A stretch of DNA of 64,000 nt from Planctomycetota bacterium. Its GTDB lineage: Bacteria; Planctomycetota; UBA1135; UBA2386. The stretch is taken from positions 4,672,001 through 4,736,000 of the forward strand of contig OZ245838.1 in NCBI GenBank assembly GCA_965228735.1, read 5' to 3'. The notes below the pieces were generated by a model. That model did not search any database and was not told the origin of the DNA. It worked only from the letters and a program-made list of their open reading frames with translations. Position 1 is the stretch's first letter; every line of letters begins with the position of its first letter. A program made the translations under genes and the position numbers. This document shows positions 38,405-47,962 of the stretch, in pieces.

Positions 38405-40734
38405 CAGCGCCCCCAATGGGCGATCGGGGCTCGACCGAGGAGCCCGAGGGATCGTCCAGTGACGCTTGCGCCTTGTCACTCCGCTACGCCGATCGTTGCG
38501 GGTGGCCTTTGATCCCCGTAGGCGACGGCAAGAGGCCCCTCGGCGGGCTTGGACTCTCGCATGCAACCCGGGACCCGGAGGTGATTCGGTCTTGGTTCAC
38601 GCGGTGGCCGAATGCGGGTGTCGCTCTTGCCTGCAAAGGGGCAGGTGTCGTCGCGATCGACGTCGATGTCGGTCATGGCGATGGTCTTGACGGATTCGAG
38701 TCACTCAAGCAGGAGTTCGGTGACGAGCCGCACGGCTCAGTCCTTGTCGCTCGGACGCCCAATGGCGGAGAGCACCGGTTCTACCGAGCGCCCGAGGGAG
38801 TCGAGGTGAAGAGTGTTCCCGGGTGGCTCCCTGGGGTTGATGTGAAGGCAGGTGGTGGTGAGTTCGGCGGCTACGTCATCCTGCCAACCGGCAAGGACGG
38901 CCGAGAGTGGTCCGAGGGAGAGCCGTTCGAGGATGAACCGGACGAGTTGCCTGCGTGGCTGCTCAAGGCATTGCCGAAGGTCGGCGAACGACGCGATAGG
39001 GCGCTTGAAGTCCTGCCGGAGTGCGCGGCGGACGAGCGAACGCACCAAGAGGTGCGTTCAGCGCTCTTCGCAATTCCGCCGGAGATCAAGCGCGGCCCTT
39101 GGCTGCGAGTGATCTACGCTGTGCACGCAGCTCTCGACGCTAACCCGCGGGGCGCGGCCTACGTCGAGCAGTGGTCGAGCAACACGTCACGCGGGACGGT
39201 CGAGGGCGCTGGCGGCAAGCGGAAGCCGCACTACGTTCCGGGCGAGGCGAGGAAGATCTACGACAACGCGACGTCGCCTCACGACTTCGACGGCGATCCC
39301 GTTGACTCAGGCACGCTGTTCGCGACGGCGCGTCAGAACGGTTGGCGCGCGGCTGGTCACGATGAGGACGTGAAGTTTCTACCGGGAGGCAACCTCAAGC
39401 CTGCGCCGACAGGCTCGCCCGACGACGACGACGATGCACAGCTTTCCGCAATCGGTGTCGAGCCGTTCCCAATTCACCTGATTGAAGGTGACGACCTTGT
39501 GTCTCGCACAGTACGCGAAATCGTCGACTCTGCGCTGCTCCCGCAGCCGGCGCTGGCGCTCGGGAACGTCATCGCGGCGCTTGGCGCCGTGGTCGGCCGT
39601 AGGGTCGAGACCGACACTCGGCTGCGTACGAACTTCTACATCCTCGGAATCGCCGACAGCGGCGCGGGCAAGAACCACAGTCGCACCTTCACTGAGCAAC
39701 TACTGACGCTCGGCGTCCTCGACCACTACATGGGCCCCGGCCGGTGGAGTAGCGAGTCGGGCCTCCGGGCCGCGCTGCTCGAGCAGCCTTCGCACGTGTC
39801 GCAGCTCGACGAGTTCGGTGACCGCATGCTTGCAACGACTGGAAGGAACGCGGCGCCGCACATGGTTGGGATCAACGGGTTCCTGAAGGAAGTCTTCACG
39901 TCCGCGAACTCGATTCTGCGCGGTGCCGCCTACGCCGACAGGGTTAAGAACCCGCCGTTGCCGATCCACGAACCGAACCTCTGCATCTACTGCACGGCGA
40001 CGCCCGAATCGCTGTTCGCCGGCCTGAGCAGTGACCACGTGAAGGATGGCCTGCTCAACCGGTTCCTACTGTTCTTCGGTGAGCCCGAGCGAGAGCCAAA
40101 GTTCGAGGGGGTCAACGTACCGCCGAGTCCGGCGCTCATCTCGGACTGGAGCGCTGTCGAGGAGCAGACGAGGCCGACGAGGGACGCGCTCGGCGACCTG
40201 CACAACGAGGCGACGGGTCAGAGCTTCGCAAGAGCCGTCATCCTCGACAGCGCCGCGGCTGCGCTGAGGCGAGAAGTCCACGCGACGAGCCTGCGGCGTC
40301 GTCGGGCCCTCAAAGAGCAAGGCAGCCAGTTAGCGCCGCTCTGGCAGCGGTTCCCGGAACACGTCGAGAAGCTGGCGCTCATCAGGGCCATCTCGCGCGA
40401 CCCCGAGACTTCGACCGTGACGGAGGACGACATGCGATGGGCCATGGCTCTGGCCGAGTGGTCGATTGGCAACCTGGTGGCGATGGGCGAAGCCCACTTG
40501 GCTGACAGCGACTTCGAGCGCCAGGTCAAGAAGGCGTTCGCGATCATCGACAAGGGCGGCGAGGACGGCGTCAGCCAGACCAAGTTGTCGCGCCAGATGA
40601 AACTCAAGAAGCGCGACCTGCAGGACGTCGTCAGTCACCTCAACGAGTGCGACCGAATTGTCTGCGAGGCGATTGAGACCAGAGGCCGGCCACGAACCAC
40701 CTTCTGGACGAAGGCGAATGCCCCGCGACGGTGA
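38401..40734 (+). CDS. Bifunctional primase-polymerase + PriCT-2 + DUF3987 P-loop replication protein
   Basis: N-terminal GW.LIP...GKRP, ATRD....WF.RWPNAGV, IDVD, TPNGGEH, GGYVILP; central W..V..A.H..L / WS; Walker A GIADSGAGKN, LDEFG, DGLLNRF. Confidence 0.85.
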   Translation: MTAPPMGDRGSTEEPEGSSSDACALSLRYADRCGWPLIPVGDGKRPLGGLGLSHATRDPEVIRSWFTRWPNAGVALACKGAGVVAIDVDVGHGDGLDGFESLKQEFGDEPHGSVLVARTPNGGEHRFYRAPEGVEVKSVPGWLPGVDVKAGGGEFGGYVILPTGKDGREWSEGEPFEDEPDELPAWLLKALPKVGERRDRALEVLPECAADERTHQEVRSALFAIPPEIKRGPWLRVIYAVHAALDANPRGAAYVEQWSSNTSRGTVEGAGGKRKPHYVPGEARKIYDNATSPHDFDGDPVDSGTLFATARQNGWRAAGHDEDVKFLPGGNLKPAPTGSPDDDDDAQLSAIGVEPFPIHLIEGDDLVSRTVREIVDSALLPQPALALGNVIAALGAVVGRRVETDTRLRTNFYILGIADSGAGKNHSRTFTEQLLTLGVLDHYMGPGRWSSESGLRAALLEQPSHVSQLDEFGDRMLATTGRNAAPHMVGINGFLKEVFTSANSILRGAAYADRVKNPPLPIHEPNLCIYCTATPESLFAGLSSDHVKDGLLNRFLLFFGEPEREPKFEGVNVPPSPALISDWSAVEEQTRPTRDALGDLHNEATGQSFARAVILDSAAAALRREVHATSLRRRRALKEQGSQLAPLWQRFPEHVEKLALIRAISRDPETSTVTEDDMRWAMALAEWSIGNLVAMGEAHLADSDFERQVKKAFAIIDKGGEDGVSQTKLSRQMKLKKRDLQDVVSHLNECDRIVCEAIETRGRPRTTFWTKANAPRR

Positions 40735-41311
40735 GCCCGACCCTTCTTGTTCTTTCACCCGGGGCTGTCTGTCGGGCACGTGGAGAGGGTGAGAGAGGGG
40801 GAGAAACAGTAGGAGAGAGAAGAAGAGCAATAAGTACTTATCTATCTAGCATGCATCGCCTTACGCCCGATCACACTGCGCGAAAAATGGGTGTCCGGAA
40901 GGGGTGAAGAAGCCCCCAGTGGCGCAGGCCGCCGCGCCAGCGCGAGACTTATTGAGCGGCCGGCTGGTGAAGAAACACACAGCACGGCATCCGCGCCTTT
41001 CCCGAACTTCCCATCCGCCCCAGCGCTCGTACAGCTCGGTCGAATCACGCCGCCCTGGACCACGCGTCGCCGGGTCGAGCCGCGGCTTCGAGGGCGCGCC
41101 CTTCTCGCCCGCGAAAGTCGAGTGCCGAGGTGCGGGCGTGCGCGAGGCACCTGACCCGCCGCTACTGGATTCGGCCGGTCGCATTTCGGCAGGCATGTGA
41201 CCCCCTTCAGGTCGCGGACAGCCCGTCCGTGCGCCGACTCGCGCGTGCCGCCTAACCGGCAAGAGATGCGCATTCATGTTCTCGCCACGAGCCGGTGGCA
41301 GAATCGGACAC

Positions 41312-42217
41312 ATGAAGACCGTGATCTGCATTCTCGTGGCCGCGATGCTGGCTCTCGGAGTCGTGACTGGCTTGCTCGTTGGGTTGAGCGCAAGCCCAGT
41401 CGTCGGGGTCGTGTTGCCGCTCCTGTTCTCACTCCTTGGCGGTGCGGGTGGTTTCTTTGTTCTGAAAACCGATTTCTCGTCTGGCGGCCCTCGGCAGTCG
41501 CTTGTTGCCTACTCAGCCTGCGTGCTCAGCATCGCTACCGGAACGGGCCTTGGGGTCTACATTGGTATTGCTGAGCGAGGAGGGGCGCCGGCGTGGAGTG
41601 CCGTGGCCGGTGGCGAGAATCCGCTATTCCCTCCTGCGCTGAAGAACGACGGGGCGATTGGATGGATGCTGTTGGATGCGCGTCTGCACATGCTCGGCCT
41701 CGATCGCGACGAACGACGCGTAGTTCTGCAGCGAGTGAGCCACGAACAGGGCAGTGACCTGACGCAGTACCGCTCGGAGCTACGGCAAGCAGCGGAATCG
41801 CTAGAGAAGGCGGCTCCCGGTGAGGGAGTCCTTTCGAACGTCGGCGAATGGCAGGACCTCGCCCGTGAGGCTACACAGATCACTGAACTCATCGAGCTAG
41901 CGCCAACCGGCGACGAGTCAATCGGCTCCGCGCTCGAAGCCATGCACGGCAGGCTGGGTTACTTGAATGACGACGAGGACGATCGGTCGTTCATCAAGAG
42001 CAATGCAGCGGCGGCCGCGGCTGTCGAAGAGTTCAAGCGTGCGGCATTGCGGTTGCTGATCACCTACCGGGGTGCCCGCTCACCCTTGGAGAGCGCTAAC
42101 GCTCAAATGGCTGAGTTCTTGGAGAAGCACTCCCAGGCGGCCAGGGCCGCACTCGATGTCAAGCCAGGAAGGTTCCTCGCAAGCACTGGCTTCGACTCAG
42201 GGACAGCAGATTCGTGA
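41312..42217 (+). CDS. Hypothetical membrane protein (3 N-terminal TMs, helical C-terminus)
   Basis: GLLVGLSASPVVGVVLPLLFSLLGGAGG hydrophobic segments. Confidence 0.65.
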   Translation: MKTVICILVAAMLALGVVTGLLVGLSASPVVGVVLPLLFSLLGGAGGFFVLKTDFSSGGPRQSLVAYSACVLSIATGTGLGVYIGIAERGGAPAWSAVAGGENPLFPPALKNDGAIGWMLLDARLHMLGLDRDERRVVLQRVSHEQGSDLTQYRSELRQAAESLEKAAPGEGVLSNVGEWQDLAREATQITELIELAPTGDESIGSALEAMHGRLGYLNDDEDDRSFIKSNAAAAAAVEEFKRAALRLLITYRGARSPLESANAQMAEFLEKHSQAARAALDVKPGRFLASTGFDSGTADS

Positions 42218-42393
42218 AATGGGCGCGTTGCTTGTTGCTTGGTGGATTGCAGCCTTCGTTGAAGCCGCGACCGCCAGCCGAATACCTTCCCGCAGCCGCT
42301 CGGCCTCTTGTCCGCCCTCAGCAGGGAGTCCGGGTTCCTGCTTGCACGTAGGCGGCCGTTGCCGGCGCCATTGCTGCCCGGACTGGCCTGCAG

Positions 42394-42927
42394 TCAGCGG
42401 CTGAGGATCTTCATCACGATGAGCGCGCCATCGTTCTCGTAGCCAGCTTCCGCCGCCGCAGCGAGTTGCTCACGGACCCATTGATCATCGAACAGACGCC
42501 ACCCACGCTCGCGAAAGTGGACCTCAAGCCCTGTCCGATCCGTTGAACGGGCGATCTTGCCTGTCGCGAGGCACAGAGTGACCGTCGGATCACGGCTGCA
42601 CATCCCGATCGAAGTGAGCTGGCTAGCTAGATTCGATAGCACGACGTCGCGGAGCTTCGAGTCAGTGAACAGCTTGAAGCGGTTCGGGTCGCGGAACTCA
42701 CCGTCGTTGAACCGCACGCCGTGCGAGTCGAAGTACGACTTGCACTCGACGACCAGCAGCTCGTTCGTCGCGCCGCGGTACGCAACGACGTCGATCTCCC
42801 ACCGTGGGGATGACGGACGACCGATCGCGACCTTCTGTGCCTTCGACAGCTCGACCTTCACGCTGGTGTCGGTCCAGTAGCCCTCGCGGCGGAGAAGCAG
42901 AGCGATCAGAGACTCGAAGGCGTCCAT
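42394..42927 (-). CDS. PD-(D/E)xK restriction-endonuclease-fold protein
   Basis: FE..I..LLRREGY, EIDVVAY, LLVVECKSY. Confidence 0.75.
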   Translation of the reverse strand: MDAFESLIALLLRREGYWTDTSVKVELSKAQKVAIGRPSSPRWEIDVVAYRGATNELLVVECKSYFDSHGVRFNDGEFRDPNRFKLFTDSKLRDVVLSNLASQLTSIGMCSRDPTVTLCLATGKIARSTDRTGLEVHFRERGWRLFDDQWVREQLAAAAEAGYENDGALIVMKILSR

Positions 42928-42946
42928 GTCAGGGCGTCCGATGCTC

Positions 42947-43501
42947 TCACGCGGGGCCAATGAGTGTGATCGGCTCCTCGTAGTGCCCCTTGACCTCCTC
43001 TGCGCTTGTCGCGTCACCCGTGTTCGCCGCGAGCAGGATTAGTGGTCTCCCGGGGTTGGCGTTGCAGACTTCTTGGACTGCATCTCGCAGATCGGCGTAG
43101 GTTTCGAACTCCGCGTGGGTTCCGAAGTAGGCCGCAAGAACGCGTAGTTGGGTCTCGACGACGAGGAGCTTCCACGCGGCGTACTTAACCCAGTCCTTCC
43201 CTTTCTTGCTCTCGGTCTCGGCGACCATCAACGGCGGGCCCCACGGTTCGTCTTGGTCCCAGACCATGACATCGATGGTCAAGTACTCGGAGTAGTCTTC
43301 GCTGTCCCGGTTCTTGATGTGCGCGACCTCGAGGTTCTTGTGCGAGAACACCTGCTTTCCGACCTCGGCCAACGCGCTAGTGACAACTGGCGTCCACGCC
43401 CTGTTGCCGAGCCACTTCTTCGGTAGCTCTTCCTCGGTTGCCAGGTGCTTGAAGAACATGGCCCCGACCTCTTCGGCGTTCGCTTGGCGCGTTTCCTTCA
43501 C
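42947..43501 (-). CDS. Hypothetical protein, possible PD-(D/E)xK fold (start uncertain)
   Basis: EYLTIDVMVW...PLMVAETES..., followed by WKLL.V. Confidence 0.55.
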   Translation of the reverse strand: MKETRQANAEEVGAMFFKHLATEEELPKKWLGNRAWTPVVTSALAEVGKQVFSHKNLEVAHIKNRDSEDYSEYLTIDVMVWDQDEPWGPPLMVAETESKKGKDWVKYAAWKLLVVETQLRVLAAYFGTHAEFETYADLRDAVQEVCNANPGRPLILLAANTGDATSAEEVKGHYEEPITLIGPA

Positions 43502-43627
43502 GGGAAAGACGATAGCGCGCGTCGCGAATTGCGTCACGCCATGCGTGGCCACAGCGCGGCGTGAGCGCGCCGCCACCTGGTGCTAGCGACAAGGCACGGC
43601 CTCGCGGGCTTCGGCTAACCTCTTCTC

Positions 43628-43849
43628 TCAAGCCATTCGCGCACGCGCTTCTGCCTCGGCGTCGCCGCGATCGGCGAACAACGTCAGGTTCCGGCCGCAC
43701 GACAGCCCGCCGCGAAACTGCAGCTCGAGGTCGCGGAGCGAGGTCTCGAACAGGATATCGATGAGCTCGCTGTGATGCGTCGGGTCGACGACGGCCCAAA
43801 TCCGGTCGGAAGGGCCGAGCCGCATCGATCTCGCGTCGTTCCCGCTCAC
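43628..43849 (-). CDS. Small hypothetical protein
   Basis: GTGA overlap with the upstream gene; plausible composition. Confidence 0.55.
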   Translation of the reverse strand: MSGNDARSMRLGPSDRIWAVVDPTHHSELIDILFETSLRDLELQFRGGLSCGRNLTLFADRGDAEAEARARMA

Positions 43850-44322
43850 CGCGAGCCCTCGACTGCCGCCTGCAGCACTGCAATCGCCTCCCGCATCGCC
43901 GCCCGCAGCCGGTCGGCCTCGGCACGACTCTCAGCTTGGACTTGGTCGGCGAACTGGCGAACTAAGCCTTCGACGTCCATTGAGGGGGCTGCGGCCCTTG
44001 GGCGGCGCGTGCCGCGCTTTCTCGCCGGGTGCGCTGCTTGTTCCGTGCTCGCTGTAGCGGCGCCCTGTTGCTGCGACAGGAGGCGTCGCGCCGCTTTGAC
44101 GCTCGCCGCCGTGATCCGGGTGCCGTGCAGGGCGGCCTGCGCCTTCGCGTCATCGAGGGAGATCGCGGGGTTTTGGGTGAGGATGTGGAGCGCGACTAGG
44201 ATCGGCTCACGGACTTTCGGGTAGCGCGACTTCAGTTCGGTGAACTGTGCGGTCCAGGTGTTGGCGGGGGATGCGGGGGGCGTTTCGGTCGCGGATTCAA
44301 CCGCAGCTTCTGTCGTCGTCAT
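43846..44322 (-). CDS. Hypothetical helical protein, possibly DNA-binding
   Basis: Ala-rich, basic linker and C-terminal coiled coil; coupled to the 73-aa gene. Confidence 0.6.
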   Translation of the reverse strand: MTTTEAAVESATETPPASPANTWTAQFTELKSRYPKVREPILVALHILTQNPAISLDDAKAQAALHGTRITAASVKAARRLLSQQQGAATASTEQAAHPARKRGTRRPRAAAPSMDVEGLVRQFADQVQAESRAEADRLRAAMREAIAVLQAAVEGSR

Positions 44323-44490
44323 TCGAGTCTTGCGGGGTAGAGCGGGTTTGGCGGAAGCCTGCGGAGTGCATGCTCCGGCTGGCGAATGAGGTTCCGCCGA
44401 GCCATTGCATGAACGCTCAGCGTCCGCCCCATCATCAAGTCGTTCCTGCGGGATTGTGCGGGAACCCCCAAGTGTCAAGGACCGCCTGAT

Positions 44491-44624
44491 CGGAGCCACC
44501 CCAGTTCGGCCAAACGGAGCCACCTCGCGAGGCCGGTTTCGGGTTGGCACAGAGCGTGGTCACCGTTCGGCACGAACGCCCGATCGCGTCCGGCACGAAT
44601 CGCGCTCAGTTCGGCCAAACGGAG
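44491..44624 (+). repeat. Cluster of short direct repeats in non-coding DNA
   Basis: CAGTTCGGCCAAACGGAG at 44502 and 44607; CGGAGCCACC at 44491 and 44515; CGGCACGAA twice. Confidence 0.7.
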
Positions 44625-44754
44625 TCGCGAAAGCCCCTGCCCGGTTATCCGCGGCGGCGATTCCAGTTTGGCCCGGGAAACCGCGCGGTTCGACGGTCGC
44701 GGACTTCCGGCGCTCGGCGCCCACCGTGCGCGCCTCAGCCTAACGACAGTTAGG

Positions 44755-46068
44755 TTATTCGAACTCGGAGTGCGGCGACCTGCCCGGCAAGCTCGGACAT
44801 CGACTCGCGACTCGGCACCAAGGGTAGCTAGCGGTTGCGGGATCGAAGTCGCGAACGACGTAGACTTCATCGAGTTGCCGCAGCGATTCGAACCCTGTGC
44901 TCCGAGCTCTATCGATGAACTCATCCCAATCGACAAACGGCTCGGACGTGTGGACAACGAGCCATCTTTCAGCATAGGGCTCACGATCAATCGTGAACGG
45001 TTTGCTGTCCTTCACCTGGATGAGACGCTCCACTTCGTGATGTAGGTCAGCAGCGCTCCAAACCCTCACCTGTTCCGAGTGGGTGGTGAGCGCATCGAGG
45101 CGTTCGGCAGCAGTTTGGGCGGCCTGCATCGCCTGATAGCGCTCCCGCGAGCGCGGGATGTTGCGCTCGATCAGCTTCTGGTCGGTCAGTTCGACGACTT
45201 CGAACCCAATCAAGCCACCGCATTCGTCACGCCCAAGAACATCAGGAGGCGTCTGCGGCTTGGTCTCGACACGGGCCTGGACAGATCGCACTTTCCGCAC
45301 ACCCGCAGAGTTGAGTGAGTCTGTCAGGTCGCGGACGACTCCCAACTCGACGAGCTTCTTGTCGGGCCACGCACGGCCGCCGCCTGGCACCAGCATTCTG
45401 GGGCAGCGCCGGGCGCTAGCGCAGATTTCGCTGTGATCCTGAATGAGGCGGTGGACCCTCGACCCCAGGCCAAAACCCAGTCGGCTTGACAGATTCGCAG
45501 CGCGGACTGCTACCTGGCTAGCAGATGGGAGCGGCTCTAGGTTCACTTCGATCACGCGCTCCGACAACGCTGCGACAAAGCCAGCTTCGAAGACGGCGCT
45601 TGTGCCGCCGAGCTCGACCGCGACAGCTTCGATGTTCAGCGACGTCGTTCGCGGCAGGTTTGGGAAAATGGGACCTCGAACTAGTTGTCGGCGAAAGGCC
45701 CATGTGTCGCGCAGCGGCCACAGATCGAACGCCACGCCATCCGCGATGGCCCGGACACCACCAAATGCCGTGTGAGAAACTGCCTGAAGACCGCAAGCAC
45801 GAACCAGCGAATCGAGCTCGGTAGGACTTTCTACGTCCACCGCGATATCGATATCGCGCGGCTTGGCGTGAGCCCCCGAAAGGACGGCGTCTCGGACTAG
45901 CCCCCCAAGCACGAAGCCTCTCGTGCCGGATTGGTTCAACTCGTTCGCCACGACGTGAACGAGGCGCGCCGCTGGGGTTTCCTGCTCCAACCACAGGTCG
46001 AAACACCTACGAATCCATGCAGGATCAACCACCACGGATCTCCTGGTGTAGACGACAAGCGTAGCCAT
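44755..46068 (-). CDS. Nucleotidyltransferase (polyA-polymerase/CCA head-like) fused to a PD-(D/E)xK-like domain; start may be a GTG near 46035
   Basis: GFVLGGLVRD...PRDIDIAV, FGG.R, FDLWPL; C-terminal half has PPD...IGFEVVEL; overlaps the dGTPase stop codon. Confidence 0.65.
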   Translation of the reverse strand: MATLVVYTRRSVVVDPAWIRRCFDLWLEQETPAARLVHVVANELNQSGTRGFVLGGLVRDAVLSGAHAKPRDIDIAVDVESPTELDSLVRACGLQAVSHTAFGGVRAIADGVAFDLWPLRDTWAFRRQLVRGPIFPNLPRTTSLNIEAVAVELGGTSAVFEAGFVAALSERVIEVNLEPLPSASQVAVRAANLSSRLGFGLGSRVHRLIQDHSEICASARRCPRMLVPGGGRAWPDKKLVELGVVRDLTDSLNSAGVRKVRSVQARVETKPQTPPDVLGRDECGGLIGFEVVELTDQKLIERNIPRSRERYQAMQAAQTAAERLDALTTHSEQVRVWSAADLHHEVERLIQVKDSKPFTIDREPYAERWLVVHTSEPFVDWDEFIDRARSTGFESLRQLDEVYVVRDFDPATASYPWCRVASRCPSLPGRSPHSEFE

Positions 46069-47401
46069 CCGTCATTCCACACACATGATCCGTGACGAGC
46101 TGAAGCCGTAGATACTCCTCGGGCAGGCCGCCTCCCCAGTTCTTCTCAAAGACTCGCCGGTAGTTCTCGGAGATCAGGCCGTAAGCGCGGGTTGCAATCC
46201 CTTCCCGAATCTTCCGGTCTGGAGCCCCAGGACCGGCGTGCGCTGCCCCCATCCAGAAGAAGTCCATGAGGTTGCTGATGACGCGCCGACCGAGCAGTTC
46301 CAGCTTGACCGTTTCTGCACTCGGGTAGACGTGCGTTCTGGCGAACTTCTTGCACTTGTCGATCAACTCACCCTCTTCCGTGCCGTCCAGCAACTCGCCA
46401 TGGAATCTGCCCTCGACGATCTCTGACCGAATCTCTTGGAATCTTCGACACGCCGCCTCAGCCGCCTTCGCGATGAACTTCACGCGAAAGAACTGGGAGA
46501 GGGCCTCCTCTAGAGCTTGGCCGGAGAGGTTGCTTGCATGCTTCTCGATGTATTGACGCGACTCGCTGGCGAGCTTCTCCCCGATCGCGGACGTGGAGAT
46601 TGCCGCTTCGACCGCTGCCCATGACGTGACGGCCTTCTTGACGCCGTCTTCGATATCAACCACTGAGAAGCAAATGTCGTCAGCCGCTTCCATGAGCAGC
46701 GTGAGCGGATTCCTGGCACCGTCAGGAACATCCGTGTGCTCTCGCACTTTCGCCACGAGTTCCGCCTCGGACTGAAAGAACCCGGGCTTCTTGACAGCAT
46801 GCAGCTCGCCAAGCCCGTCCGACGACGCAGCATACTTTTGCAGCGCCGACATGGTGGCACAGGTCAGGTTGAGCCCGTCATCTCGAGCGAGAATCTGCAG
46901 GCGAGACACCAACCGGATCGTCTGAGCATTCCCTTCGAAGTTCTCGAAGTCAGTGCGATGGGGGCCCGAGAGATTCTTGATCTGGTCATCTCCAGCGTGC
47001 CGAATGAACCAATCGCGAATCGCTCCTTCGCCAGCGTGTCCGAAGGGCGGGTTCCCCAGGTCGTGCAGAAGGGCGACTGTCGCGACAATGGTCTCGATCG
47101 ATCTAGCGGCCTGTGCGTCAACCCGTCCCTCGCCTTCCTCCGACGAAGCGACGCAGCGAGCCAAGCCACGGGCAACCGACGAAACCTCCATCGAATGGGT
47201 CAGGCGTGTCCTGACCGCATCCGTGGGGTCCAAGGGAAAGACCTGAGCCTTGTCCTGGAGCCGCCTCACCGGTGAGCAGAAAACAGCCCGCCCGTAGTCT
47301 CGATCGAACGGAGTCCGTCCAACGTCGTCGGTCTGGTCGGGATCGCCGTCGGGGAGATCGGCGATGCGAACGGCTGACAGCAGCTTGTCCCAAGTCATCA
47401 T
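46025..47401 (-). CDS. dgt: dGTP triphosphohydrolase (HD domain)
   Basis: RRLQDKAQVFP, RTRLTHSMEV, LLHDLGNPPFGHAGE, FEGNAQ, EAADDI, GMTD.YA. Confidence 0.93.
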   Translation of the reverse strand: MMTWDKLLSAVRIADLPDGDPDQTDDVGRTPFDRDYGRAVFCSPVRRLQDKAQVFPLDPTDAVRTRLTHSMEVSSVARGLARCVASSEEGEGRVDAQAARSIETIVATVALLHDLGNPPFGHAGEGAIRDWFIRHAGDDQIKNLSGPHRTDFENFEGNAQTIRLVSRLQILARDDGLNLTCATMSALQKYAASSDGLGELHAVKKPGFFQSEAELVAKVREHTDVPDGARNPLTLLMEAADDICFSVVDIEDGVKKAVTSWAAVEAAISTSAIGEKLASESRQYIEKHASNLSGQALEEALSQFFRVKFIAKAAEAACRRFQEIRSEIVEGRFHGELLDGTEEGELIDKCKKFARTHVYPSAETVKLELLGRRVISNLMDFFWMGAAHAGPGAPDRKIREGIATRAYGLISENYRRVFEKNWGGGLPEEYLRLQLVTDHVCGMTDGYACRLHQEIRGG

Positions 47402-47569
47402 CGAGAAGCGGCGCTCCACTCCGCTCGACGTCACATCGGCGACGCTCACTCTGTGGCGTGGCCCTTCGTCGTTCTATCGGGAACGGCCAAGAACCCGCCA
47501 ACGACAGCCGAGAATGTCCGTTGGCTCGCACCGGAAGAACACCCGCAGCCTCAGCCACCCCGGACGGGA

Positions 47570-47950
47570 TGGGCGACCCTCGGTCGGAGGGTTATGTGAA
47601 CGCTAACCTCGTGGTGCAACTGAAGCAAACGGCGTGCGTTCTGATGCGTCCACCACCCTCGAAATCGGTTTCAGATTCTGGGCGTCCAGAGTCTCTCAGC
47701 CCCGGTGACCAGGCGAACGCTTGCTGTGCGCCAGTGGTTGTGACCGACGCAGGCCGAAGGCAGCGAGCGCTCGGACCAAGATCGCCCTGGAGGTAGGTCC
47801 TGCGGCCACCCGCGCCCAAGTCAGCCTCTCGTCGGCTCGGCCCTGGCTTGCTCCCGTGAACGAAGGTAGGAACGGAGTTGCTTCCCCGGGAAAGGCACGT
47901 CGGCAGAACTCCGAGGTCCTTTCGATGCCCTTTCGGGGTAGTTGTCCGGA
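47570..47950 (+). ncRNA. Putative structured ncRNA upstream of the reverse transcriptase (boundaries approximate)
   Basis: Helices seen by eye: 47673-81/47686-94, 47709-16/47782-90, 47718-26/47761-69, 47817-24/47843-50, 47873-79/47907-13, 47861-66/47918-24, 47926-30/47936-40, 47611-16/47651-56. Confidence 0.55.
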
Positions 47951-47962
47951 TCAGCATCCACC

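Noticed and set aside
44491..44624. CRISPR array
   Set aside because: Only two 18-bp copies with 87 bp between them, and no cas genes.
47592..47957. 121-aa minus-strand ORF across the putative ncRNA
   Set aside because: No recognisable motif; stop-free stretches of this length are expected at this GC content.
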